Below are positions 17,012 through 25,909 of a DNA stretch of 31,294 nt, piece by piece (positions within the stretch are counted from its first letter, which is position 1; each line of letters opens with the position of its first letter). Position numbers and translations under genes: made by a program. Location: positions 1-31,294 of IMG/VR virus record IMGVR_UViG_3300025889_000580; one strand, 5' to 3'. The stretch comes from a virus. Lineage: Duplodnaviria > Caudoviricetes. Below the pieces are notes generated by a model that saw nothing but the letters and a program-made list of their open reading frames with translations, made no database searches and was not told where the DNA came from.

Positions 17012-18159
17012 AAGTAACCACCACTATTGTATTTGAGGAACTACTAAAAAGTGATGAACTACAAAAAAGAATTGTGGTGGCACAAGGTGGTAGCCGTAGC
17101 GGTAAAACATTTAATATTTTAATTTACTGGATATACAAACTACTACAAGAGGATAACAAAACACTATCCATTGTGCGTAAAACATTACCATCACTAAAAA
17201 ACTCTGTATATAAAGATTTAATAGAAGTGCTTGAAATGTTTAATATGTACGACCCAACCAAACTACATAAACAAGAAGGGTACTATCAACTTGGAACAAA
17301 TACAATAAACTGGTTTAGTGTTGATGAACCACAAAAGTTAAGGGGTAGCAAGCGTGAATATTTGTATTGTAATGAAGCAAATGAACTATCAAAGGAGGAC
17401 TGGAACCAGTTAATTTTTAGAACCACCGACAAAGTAATACTTGACTTAAACCCAAGTGAATTAAGTTGTTGGGTGTATGACTTGGAAAAAAGGGAAGATT
17501 GTTTTTACTTTAAGACAACATGGCGTGATAACCCATTTGTAGACAAAAATATTGTAAAAGAATTAGAATCACTAAAAGAAAAAGATGAGAACCTTTACCG
17601 TATTTACGCACTTGGTGAAAAAGGTATACCAACCACACTGGTGTTTAATAAGTTCAGCACAATAGAACAAGTACCACCAACAGCAAGGTTGTTGGGTCGC
17701 GGGATGGACTGGGGGTATAATGACCCAACAACATTGGTGGAGGTATACATAGATGGTGATGAATTATACTTAAATGAACTACTTTACGCAAGGGGTTTAA
17801 CCATGCCAGATATTATACACAAATTGGATACCTTTGGTATTGAAAAAACCGATAACATTTGGTGTGATAGTGCCACCCCCCAAAACATAGAGGAATTAAG
17901 GCGTAGTAAGTATAATGCTAAACCAGTAAACAAAAAATCGGTATTACATGGTATAGATTTAATGCGTCGCCACAAACTATTTATAACCAAGCATAGTGAG
18001 AATATATTATATGAGTTTGGTAGTTATAAATGGAAGGTAGATAAAAATGGTGTATTATTAGATATGCCAGATGATAAACATAACCACTCAATAGATGCTA
18101 TAAGGTATATATTGGAAAGTGAATTAAACAAACGCAGCGGTAAAATAACAATAGTATGA
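17008..18159 (+). CDS. terL: Terminase large subunit (PBSX family)
   Basis: QGGSRSGKT, NEANE, DLNP, GMDWGYNDPT, CDSA and NHSIDAIRY motifs. Likely start at 17008 (ATGA overlap with the MTase stop). Confidence 0.95.
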   Translation: MKVTTTIVFEELLKSDELQKRIVVAQGGSRSGKTFNILIYWIYKLLQEDNKTLSIVRKTLPSLKNSVYKDLIEVLEMFNMYDPTKLHKQEGYYQLGTNTINWFSVDEPQKLRGSKREYLYCNEANELSKEDWNQLIFRTTDKVILDLNPSELSCWVYDLEKREDCFYFKTTWRDNPFVDKNIVKELESLKEKDENLYRIYALGEKGIPTTLVFNKFSTIEQVPPTARLLGRGMDWGYNDPTTLVEVYIDGDELYLNELLYARGLTMPDIIHKLDTFGIEKTDNIWCDSATPQNIEELRRSKYNAKPVNKKSVLHGIDLMRRHKLFITKHSENILYEFGSYKWKVDKNGVLLDMPDDKHNHSIDAIRYILESELNKRSGKITIV

Positions 18160-18806
18160 TAGAATTAGTTTATGGTAATGAAATAATACCCGTAAAAGAA
18201 CATTTAACAATAAAAATGTTCCAACAAATATACCCCGAAAAAGAACAATACGAGGAAGACCCAATTAAAATGGTAAGTTTATTTACGGGGTTGGAATATA
18301 ATAAATTAAAAAACTTACAACCAAAAACCATGTTATTGTTAGAAAACTTTGTATTGGGTAAAGTACAATTTCAAGATTTAGAACAACTAACACAAACCTT
18401 TATTCATAATGGTATAGAGTATGGTTTAGACAATGACTTTGGTAAAATGGCATGGGGTGCTTGGGTTGACTTGGAGGTTTACAGTAGTGAGAATATACAA
18501 GATAACATACACCGTATAATGAGTATTTTATACCGCCCAATAACCAGCCGTAAAGGTAATAAATACACAATAGAACCATACAATAGTGATACAGTAGAAG
18601 CAAGAGCAATAGAGTTTTTGGAACTACCACTTGGGTATTGGTTACAAGCGTCTGATTTTTTTTTTCTCATCGTAAACTTATACATTGGCAATATAAAGGT
18701 TTCTTTGGAACAGAGGAACAAACTGACGAGGTTGCTGAACAAGGGGATGAAGATACTACCCAAATGGGTGCGAAAGAAAGTACAGCAAGGTTTTACTTTG
18801 AGTTAA
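18156..18806 (+). CDS. Putative tail assembly chaperone, unshifted product
   Basis: G.WVDLE, H.IMSILYRPI and Y.IEPY motifs; T10 slippery run at 18656-18665. Confidence 0.65.
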   Translation: MIELVYGNEIIPVKEHLTIKMFQQIYPEKEQYEEDPIKMVSLFTGLEYNKLKNLQPKTMLLLENFVLGKVQFQDLEQLTQTFIHNGIEYGLDNDFGKMAWGAWVDLEVYSSENIQDNIHRIMSILYRPITSRKGNKYTIEPYNSDTVEARAIEFLELPLGYWLQASDFFFLIVNLYIGNIKVSLEQRNKLTRLLNKGMKILPKWVRKKVQQGFTLS

Positions 18807-18973
18807 CTTACCAACTGGCAAAAGAGGATATAACAAAGATGGCAGAAGTGGAACAACAAAACTTATATTTATGTTTAAGTGTTGCTGCTTTAATTAAGGA
18901 TAGGGTAGTAAAACACAACAATGAAATGCGTAAACAAAAAATAGAACAAGATAAAATATACAATAGATTATAA
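18156..18973 (+). CDS. Putative tail assembly chaperone, -1 frameshift product (about 272 aa)
   Basis: The -1 frame opens exactly at the T run (TGA at 18653-18655) and continues to TAA at 18973, including the track ORF 18764..18973. Confidence 0.7.
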
Positions 18974-18976
18974 ACA

Positions 18977-20617
18977 ATGAAGCAATATGTAACTTTCCAA
19001 AAAGTATTAGATTATATTAAATCTTACCAAGTGGCAAGCCCAAGGCTTAATGACTTTGGTTATGGTGATATTGTATACTTTGTAAATGATAGTGGTACAA
19101 CAACAAACTACCCGTTTTTGTTTGTAACACCAATAAGTTTCCAATATACAGAGAATACAACAATTTATTCATTACAACTTATTTTTAGTGATTTAGTAAA
19201 TACAGATTTATCAAACGAGAAAAATGTTGTAAGTGATATGAGCCTTGAAGCAAGAAGGTTTATTAGTGAAATTAAAAGGGGGTTTTTAGATGACTTAATT
19301 GACATACAAATGCCCGTATCATCACAAACCTTTTTTGAGCGTTTTAACGACCATGTTGGTGGTGTTGTGTTAAACGCAGATATTGTTGTATTTGATGACA
19401 TAAACGCTTGTGACCCTTATTTTTATGTAACACCAACAACCACACCAACACCAAGTCCAACATCAGTAACCCCAACGCCGACGCCAACAACCACACCAAC
19501 GCCGACGCCAACACCAAATCCGCAGTTTAATGCTGGTGAAGGATTTAGTAATAGAACAGATGCTGTTATGGTAGATAGTGGTGATGCGGTTTATGTAGCA
19601 TCTTATTTCTCCAACTGGTATAATGGAACTTTTACAAACAATAATATTGTTAAATTAGACAATGATGGTATAATAGATACGAACTTTGTTTGTAAACCAA
19701 ATGATGTGGTATATAAAATAGTAGATGATGGATTGGGTTATTTATATATCGCTGGAAACTTTACAACCATCAACGGACAAACTTGCCAAAGAATTGCCCG
19801 TGTTAGTAAAACAACTGGTGCCCTTCATACTAATTGGGTTGGTAGTGCTGGTGCCAATGGTGCTGTATTTGGTGTTTGTGTAGATGGAACAGATGTGATT
19901 ATTACTGGTAGTTTTACTACATATAATGGAGTAACTAAACAAAGAATTGCTAAAATATCAAATACAAATGTGTTAGATAGTGGAGCATTTTTTAATTTCC
20001 AGTCAACCACTTGGGATGTTATTAAAAATAGAAATGGAAATTATGTGGCTGTTGGTCTATCAACTACATATAACGGAATTGCTTGCCAAAAGATTATAGA
20101 AATTGATTCAACAACTTATGCCGATACTGGCTTAATATATCAAGCAACAGATAGTAATATAAAAAATATATTCCAAGATAGTAATACTGGCGATTATTTT
20201 TATGCTGGTAATAGTGGATTACTTAACGGATTAACAACAAGTAAGATAAATAGATTAGATGAATATTTTACAACTGTTTCATCTACTGCTGTTGGAGGTG
20301 TTCCAATGACAAGTTGTTATTACCACCAACCAACAGAAAGTTTATATGGAATATATAGTCAACAACAACCAACAGCAGATTATTATTGGAAGGTAGATAC
20401 CAGCGGTGGTGGATTTATTTTTGATAGTACATTTAACCAAAACCTTAAAACTGTTGATTTAGGGGCAGCATTCGCTGGTAACTTAATACAAGGCGTTGCT
20501 GTTAATAGTATTGGTAAGGTATACTTATGTGGTTCATTTGATACCGTAAATAGTAATAGAAATAATTATATTGTTCGTGTTAATAGTGACGGAACATCTA
20601 ATACAAATACTAATTAA
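18977..20617 (+). CDS. Tail terminator-like domain + PT linker + beta-propeller (delta-60-like repeats)
   Basis: N-terminal ~145 aa with FGYGD..YPFLFV.P and F.ERFND.V.G; then (PT)n; then repeats of G.FTT.NG..RIA and DG.ID..F. Confidence 0.6.
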   Translation: MKQYVTFQKVLDYIKSYQVASPRLNDFGYGDIVYFVNDSGTTTNYPFLFVTPISFQYTENTTIYSLQLIFSDLVNTDLSNEKNVVSDMSLEARRFISEIKRGFLDDLIDIQMPVSSQTFFERFNDHVGGVVLNADIVVFDDINACDPYFYVTPTTTPTPSPTSVTPTPTPTTTPTPTPTPNPQFNAGEGFSNRTDAVMVDSGDAVYVASYFSNWYNGTFTNNNIVKLDNDGIIDTNFVCKPNDVVYKIVDDGLGYLYIAGNFTTINGQTCQRIARVSKTTGALHTNWVGSAGANGAVFGVCVDGTDVIITGSFTTYNGVTKQRIAKISNTNVLDSGAFFNFQSTTWDVIKNRNGNYVAVGLSTTYNGIACQKIIEIDSTTYADTGLIYQATDSNIKNIFQDSNTGDYFYAGNSGLLNGLTTSKINRLDEYFTTVSSTAVGGVPMTSCYYHQPTESLYGIYSQQQPTADYYWKVDTSGGGFIFDSTFNQNLKTVDLGAAFAGNLIQGVAVNSIGKVYLCGSFDTVNSNRNNYIVRVNSDGTSNTNTN

Positions 20618-20619
20618 AA

Positions 20620-21135
20620 ATGGTAGAACAAGATTTAACTAAAATAGCAACACTATTACAACAAGAAATTGTTTTACAGTTAAACTATCCAAGGCAACAT
20701 AAGGGTTATAATGGTGAACCAAAACGAGGAACATCACCACCAATAGCATCTGGTAACTTGGTAAAAAATGTTGAGGTTCAGTGGATTGGTAGTTTAGAAA
20801 AAGATGATTTGGAGTTAATTGTTAAAATGCCAAATTATTGGTATTGGGTTAACTACGGTAGAAGACCTGGAAAAATGCCACCAATAGCACCAATTGATAA
20901 ATGGGTGATACAAAAACAAGGGTTAAAAGATGTGGTAAGAGATAGAAGTGGTAGATTTATAAAAAGAAAAAGTTTAGTATATTTAATAAGAAGGAGTATT
21001 GGAGAGTTTGGTTATGAAGGTACAGAGTTCTTACAAAACGCATACGCAAACACCGCAGCCCAAATTGAGTTAGAAATGGGAACAACAATAGCAAACTGGT
21101 TTAACAGTTTATTTGATGATTATAATAAAGAATAA
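20620..21135 (+). CDS. Neck/tail completion protein (HK97 gp10-like)
   Basis: ASGNL, M.NYW..VNYGRRPGKMPP..I.KW and LI.RSI...G..GT.FL motifs. Confidence 0.6.
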   Translation: MVEQDLTKIATLLQQEIVLQLNYPRQHKGYNGEPKRGTSPPIASGNLVKNVEVQWIGSLEKDDLELIVKMPNYWYWVNYGRRPGKMPPIAPIDKWVIQKQGLKDVVRDRSGRFIKRKSLVYLIRRSIGEFGYEGTEFLQNAYANTAAQIELEMGTTIANWFNSLFDDYNKE

Positions 21136-21140
21136 AAAAA

Positions 21141-22769
21141 ATGAGTTTAAGTATAATTAAAACACCACCACATTTCCAACCCGTTTATAGCGATGGGTTG
21201 TTTTTTACTGTAAGTGCCGATACAACAAACACTTATAAGTTTAGATATGTTTATGATGTTTATGTAAATGGTGAATTAGTATTTCAAGGTAAATCAACAC
21301 CAAACCCTTATGACTTGGGTGTGGTTGATATCAGCCGTATTGTTAAAACTTATACAACTAATAACCCAATTAGTTTATGGGATACAACACCAATTTACAC
21401 ACACCAAACATTCCCCTTTTCTCGTCCGTATGAGGATGAAGTAATAAATTATAATATATTGTTTGGTTATGAATATTCTAACACCGCAAATGGTGAAATA
21501 ACTGGTTTTACTGGTAATGATAGTGGTATTATTGTTGGTAGCCCTGGTGTTGATACGGGTATTTATAAAACCTTTTATTCTACAATGGGGGTAAATGGTA
21601 GAGCAACCCAACAAGATTTTGATATGGGTCCCTTTGTTTTATCTGGCTCACCCGTTGGAATATACCCAACCACAAGTGGTTTATTTTTAACCAACTCGCC
21701 AAGAATAAGAGATATACAAAACACGGAGTATTATACACTTGCTTTTACAAACTATTACTTGGATAGTGGTAGTATGTTATCACAACCGTATTATGTGGAG
21801 TATAATTTTTATGATGATGGGGGTGTGTTATTAGATACCGCACAATACCAAAACATTACCTTAAATGGTGGTGGTCCTTTACCAGATTGTAGTAATGTTT
21901 ACCAATCTTATTATACAACAGTGGGAACTGGTACAACAGAGTGGAACACCTTATATGTTGGGGCTGGTCCAATGAACTTACAAAGTATTATGCCACCAAA
22001 TACCGCACAATATACGGTACAGTTGTTTGGTAACTTTACTGGTGAGACATCACCACCCGCACCAACGCCCACACCAACTCCAACCCCAAGTCCAACACCA
22101 GGTTGCCCGACATGTTATACTTATGATATTGAAAATCCAAGTCAAGTTAGTGATGCTATTGTATCTTATACAGAGTGTAATATTGGTCCCGTTAGAGTTA
22201 TTTCCATACCACCACAAAGCGTAGCAAGAATTGATTGTGCTTGTGAAGGTAGTTTAATTTATGAAGCGGCACTTATTATTAGTATTGTAAGTAGTTGTAG
22301 TAATGTTCCAACACCGACACCAACGGCAACACCATCACCAACACCATGTGCTTGTAACAGTTATACAATAACCAACACTGGTGGTGAAGCACAATTAACT
22401 GTTGATTATATAGATTGTGATAGAGTGGCACAACAACTTATATTAAACCCTGGACTTGGTAGTTCGTTCTGTGCTTGTAGTGGTTCAGTTAACCCAACGG
22501 GTTCTACTTATGATTTGGTTGATTTAGGTCCTTGTAACCCAGCACCAAGTCCAACACCAACTCCCACACCTTCCGCAACCCCCCCATATTGTGAATGTAT
22601 CCAGTACCAAGTAGATAACGAACAACCATTCTTTGTTAACTTTACTTATACTGATTGTTTTGGTGTAATACAAAGTGTTAACTTGGCTGGTTTCCAAACA
22701 ACAATAGTATGTGCTTGTATTGGTTCTGTAAGTGGTAGTGTTGTTGTAAGTGAAATTGGAACTTGTTAA
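21141..22769 (+). CDS. Tail tip protein N-terminal part with three PT-linked Cys-rich domains
   Basis: N-terminus with FRYV.D, GVVDIS and FLTNSP motifs; then three units of (PT)n followed by C..Y.I.N..V.Y.DC..CAC.GS. Confidence 0.6.
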   Translation: MSLSIIKTPPHFQPVYSDGLFFTVSADTTNTYKFRYVYDVYVNGELVFQGKSTPNPYDLGVVDISRIVKTYTTNNPISLWDTTPIYTHQTFPFSRPYEDEVINYNILFGYEYSNTANGEITGFTGNDSGIIVGSPGVDTGIYKTFYSTMGVNGRATQQDFDMGPFVLSGSPVGIYPTTSGLFLTNSPRIRDIQNTEYYTLAFTNYYLDSGSMLSQPYYVEYNFYDDGGVLLDTAQYQNITLNGGGPLPDCSNVYQSYYTTVGTGTTEWNTLYVGAGPMNLQSIMPPNTAQYTVQLFGNFTGETSPPAPTPTPTPTPSPTPGCPTCYTYDIENPSQVSDAIVSYTECNIGPVRVISIPPQSVARIDCACEGSLIYEAALIISIVSSCSNVPTPTPTATPSPTPCACNSYTITNTGGEAQLTVDYIDCDRVAQQLILNPGLGSSFCACSGSVNPTGSTYDLVDLGPCNPAPSPTPTPTPSATPPYCECIQYQVDNEQPFFVNFTYTDCFGVIQSVNLAGFQTTIVCACIGSVSGSVVVSEIGTC

Positions 22770-22794
22770 TAAAAAATAGTTAAATAAAAGATAT

Positions 22795-23328
22795 ATGGCA
22801 ATTATACCACAAACACCACCAACCACATACCTTGAAGGTATCTGTACTGGTTATACCGCAGTAAGTGAAGTTTTTACTTTTAATGTTGATGATTTTTGTA
22901 ACCGCGCTGGTACCACACAATATCAATTAATGTGGTTAAACCGTTACGGGCATTGGGATTATTATACCTTCCAAGCGGGTAAAGATGAGGGATTAAATAT
23001 AAACAGACAAACATATAACCAATGGAGTGTTGATTGGGGTAGTAATAACCCAGTTAAAACACAATACGCAAGGGGACTAAAAGATTTCCAAGTTGAAATT
23101 GAAGAAGTACATGTTATAAACAGTGGTTTTATAAATGAACCAGATATGGTATTTTTAGAAGAACTTTACACATCAAACAATGTTTATGAAATAACACAAG
23201 ATGGTGGTTTAAGGGCTATTACCATATTAAATGGCGAGTTTACAAGAAAAAACAAAGGTAATAGAACAATAGTTAACCTTGAACTACAATACGCTTACAG
23301 TAATAATATTAGATTATTGGGTAACTAA
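22795..23328 (+). CDS. Distal-tail-like protein (C-terminal part of the split tail gene)
   Basis: L.WLNRYG.WDYYTF, NSGFI.E and LEELYTS..VY motifs. Confidence 0.6.
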   Translation: MAIIPQTPPTTYLEGICTGYTAVSEVFTFNVDDFCNRAGTTQYQLMWLNRYGHWDYYTFQAGKDEGLNINRQTYNQWSVDWGSNNPVKTQYARGLKDFQVEIEEVHVINSGFINEPDMVFLEELYTSNNVYEITQDGGLRAITILNGEFTRKNKGNRTIVNLELQYAYSNNIRLLGN

Positions 23329-23331
23329 AAA

Positions 23332-25908
23332 ATGAATACAACCTTACTTTTACAATTTGATGGCGTTTGGCAAAGGGTAGATTTATATGAAGATATACCC
23401 ATTAGTGTGGTAATACAAGAATTAGATGTTGCTGATTTACAAACACGCAAAACAACTTTTTCCAAAGTGTTTACCATACCAGCAACCAGTAATAACTCCA
23501 ACTTATTTGAGCACTATTATGAAGTAAACGGTATTGAGTTTAACCCGTTGGTTAAAATACCAGCCGTGGTACAATACAGAGGTACTGATATTTTTAATGG
23601 TGTATTAAGGTTAAACAGCGTCATTATAAACTCTGTTAGTAGCACAGATTTTGAGGTTTATCTAATGGGTGATGTTGGTGATTTCGTAAGTGAAATTAAA
23701 AACCTTACATTAAGAGATTTAAGTTATAGTGATTTATTACACGAATTAACTTATGACAATGTAGTACAAAGTTGGTATGCTAAAAACAATGATGTTGATG
23801 GTTTATTTGGTGGTAAAATAATTTACCCAATGATAAATGATGGTTTGGTTTACCAAGGCACTGGTAGCACTGCTGACTGGCAATACAGATTTACGGGAGG
23901 GCAAAGTTTTAGCGACCCAAACTATCCAGTACCACCAACAGCATTTAAGCCAGCAATTAAAGTTAAAACCGTTATTGATAAAATATTCCAACAAACAAGT
24001 TATAAATTAAATAGCGAGTTTTTTGATACTGATTATTTTAAGTCAATTTATATGAGTATGTTTAATAACGGACAAATTGGTTTAGGGACACAATCAGCAG
24101 AACAACAAGAAAATCAAAACATATTTGCGGCATATTCAGCACAAAGGCTTTTAAGTTATCAAGGTAACCGTCAATTTAGATTTTTATTTAGTGATTTATT
24201 ACCTGGCGGGTATGACCCCCTTAATAATTTTATTAACAGTAATGGTGGCAATTTCCAAGCCCCGTATCAAGGAACATATTATTTTAATTTAAGGTTTAAC
24301 TACCAATCACACGATGTTTTACAAGTAAGTGGTAGATTTAATGTGGTTGTTTATAAGGGTACTGACCCAGCAACATTAAACACCACTGGCTTTTTAGTTT
24401 ACCAGTCACCACAATATGAACTTGGTATTGGTTTTACGGGGTTAAAAAGTGGCTCACCAAACTTGTTTTTTGATGTTTACTTAAACCCTGGTGAATATCT
24501 TGGTATATATATTGAGGAATATAACAACTATGGTGCTATTGGTTTTAGTAGCCCAAGAGGACAATATAGTATTAGACCGTATAATGATATTGGTATAACA
24601 GACCAATTTATACAATGGGATTTATATAATAGTCCAACATTGGGAACTGGTAGTACCGTTGATGTAAAAAGTGGTATTGTTGATGTAAATGCTGTTACCT
24701 TCTTAAAAGATATTACAACCATGTTTAACCTTATGTTGATACAAGATGAGGTTGATAAAACCGTAAGTTTTATACCATTTAATTGGTATTATAACGAACC
24801 AGATAGGGTTGAAAAAGATTGGAGTAATAAACTTGACTTAAATAGTAGTTACAGAGTTGAGCCATTAAGTTTTGATTTACCAAAGGAAATTAACTTTCAA
24901 TACGAAGAAGGTAGTGAGGAGTACTTAAATAAAATATGGGAAGACCAAAATGACTACACCTTTGGTAGATACCGTTATGTAAGTGATAGTAACTTATTAA
25001 CTGGTGAGCAAAACTATACAGTTAATTTTGCGGCAACACCAACCACCAATGTTATTGGTAGTACCAACTTTATTATACCAGCCGTTTACCGTGAAGAAGG
25101 TAACACATTAGAAAAAGCATATAGTAATAAACCACACATCTTTTTTTGGACGGGTAATAGATATTGTTATACTGATAGTACCAAACAAATACAAGGTAGT
25201 TGGTATATGTTAAGTGGTAGTACCGCAGTGGAACAAACCACATACCCATGTGTTAGCCATTTATCAAGTTTAGATATACATTTACCAGCATTGGTTAGTG
25301 ATTTAAGTTTTGGTAGTAACTTTGACTTTTTTGGTAATACAAATAACCAACCAGTACAATTTACCAGTAATAATTTATATAACCTTTGGTGGCGTGATTA
25401 TGTTGAAAACAACTACTCCAATGAAACAAGAAGGTTAAATGGTAGATTTTACTTAAACCCAATAGATATTTATGATACTAAATTAACAGATAAAATATTT
25501 GTTAAAGATAGTTTTTATAGAATTGAAAAAATAAATGATGCCAGTTTAATTGATACCAACCTTACACAAGTAAGTTTAATTAAAGAAAGAAGTGGTTATT
25601 ATAAAATAACACCACCATCACCTTTTTACCCCCTTGACCCAAATGAGCCGTATCCAGGTGTTATACCACCAACATCATTTACCGCATATACGGGTAATAG
25701 TATAACTACGGTTTGTAATAGCACTGCGGGAACTGGTGGATTATTGTTATTTGGTAGTTTACCATTAACAGATTTACAAGAAGTGTGGTATGATGCGGGT
25801 GGTGTATACTCGCCATTGGGTATTGGTACTTATATAAAACAAACTGGCACAACGGAAACATTTGTGGTTATAGATAAACAAGGTAGAATATTAGAACAAA
25901 ACTGTTAA
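23332..25908 (+). CDS. Tail tip/baseplate hub protein
   Basis: DLYEDIPIS, FSKVFTIPAT..N..LFEHYY, YPMI..G, FKPAIKVK, MFNL, DWSNKLD and YRIEKI motifs; directly precedes the tape measure. Confidence 0.7.
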   Translation: MNTTLLLQFDGVWQRVDLYEDIPISVVIQELDVADLQTRKTTFSKVFTIPATSNNSNLFEHYYEVNGIEFNPLVKIPAVVQYRGTDIFNGVLRLNSVIINSVSSTDFEVYLMGDVGDFVSEIKNLTLRDLSYSDLLHELTYDNVVQSWYAKNNDVDGLFGGKIIYPMINDGLVYQGTGSTADWQYRFTGGQSFSDPNYPVPPTAFKPAIKVKTVIDKIFQQTSYKLNSEFFDTDYFKSIYMSMFNNGQIGLGTQSAEQQENQNIFAAYSAQRLLSYQGNRQFRFLFSDLLPGGYDPLNNFINSNGGNFQAPYQGTYYFNLRFNYQSHDVLQVSGRFNVVVYKGTDPATLNTTGFLVYQSPQYELGIGFTGLKSGSPNLFFDVYLNPGEYLGIYIEEYNNYGAIGFSSPRGQYSIRPYNDIGITDQFIQWDLYNSPTLGTGSTVDVKSGIVDVNAVTFLKDITTMFNLMLIQDEVDKTVSFIPFNWYYNEPDRVEKDWSNKLDLNSSYRVEPLSFDLPKEINFQYEEGSEEYLNKIWEDQNDYTFGRYRYVSDSNLLTGEQNYTVNFAATPTTNVIGSTNFIIPAVYREEGNTLEKAYSNKPHIFFWTGNRYCYTDSTKQIQGSWYMLSGSTAVEQTTYPCVSHLSSLDIHLPALVSDLSFGSNFDFFGNTNNQPVQFTSNNLYNLWWRDYVENNYSNETRRLNGRFYLNPIDIYDTKLTDKIFVKDSFYRIEKINDASLIDTNLTQVSLIKERSGYYKITPPSPFYPLDPNEPYPGVIPPTSFTAYTGNSITTVCNSTAGTGGLLLFGSLPLTDLQEVWYDAGGVYSPLGIGTYIKQTGTTETFVVIDKQGRILEQNC

Positions 25909-25909
25909 T

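Noticed and set aside
18764-18973. Independent 69-aa gene
   Set aside because: Better explained as the distal part of the -1 frameshift product, since the frame is open from the T run.
22767-22797. Stop-codon readthrough joining the two tail ORFs, or an alternative genetic code
   Set aside because: Tandem TAA TAA plus another in-frame TAA, the ORFs are in different frames, and all other genes are intact in the standard code.
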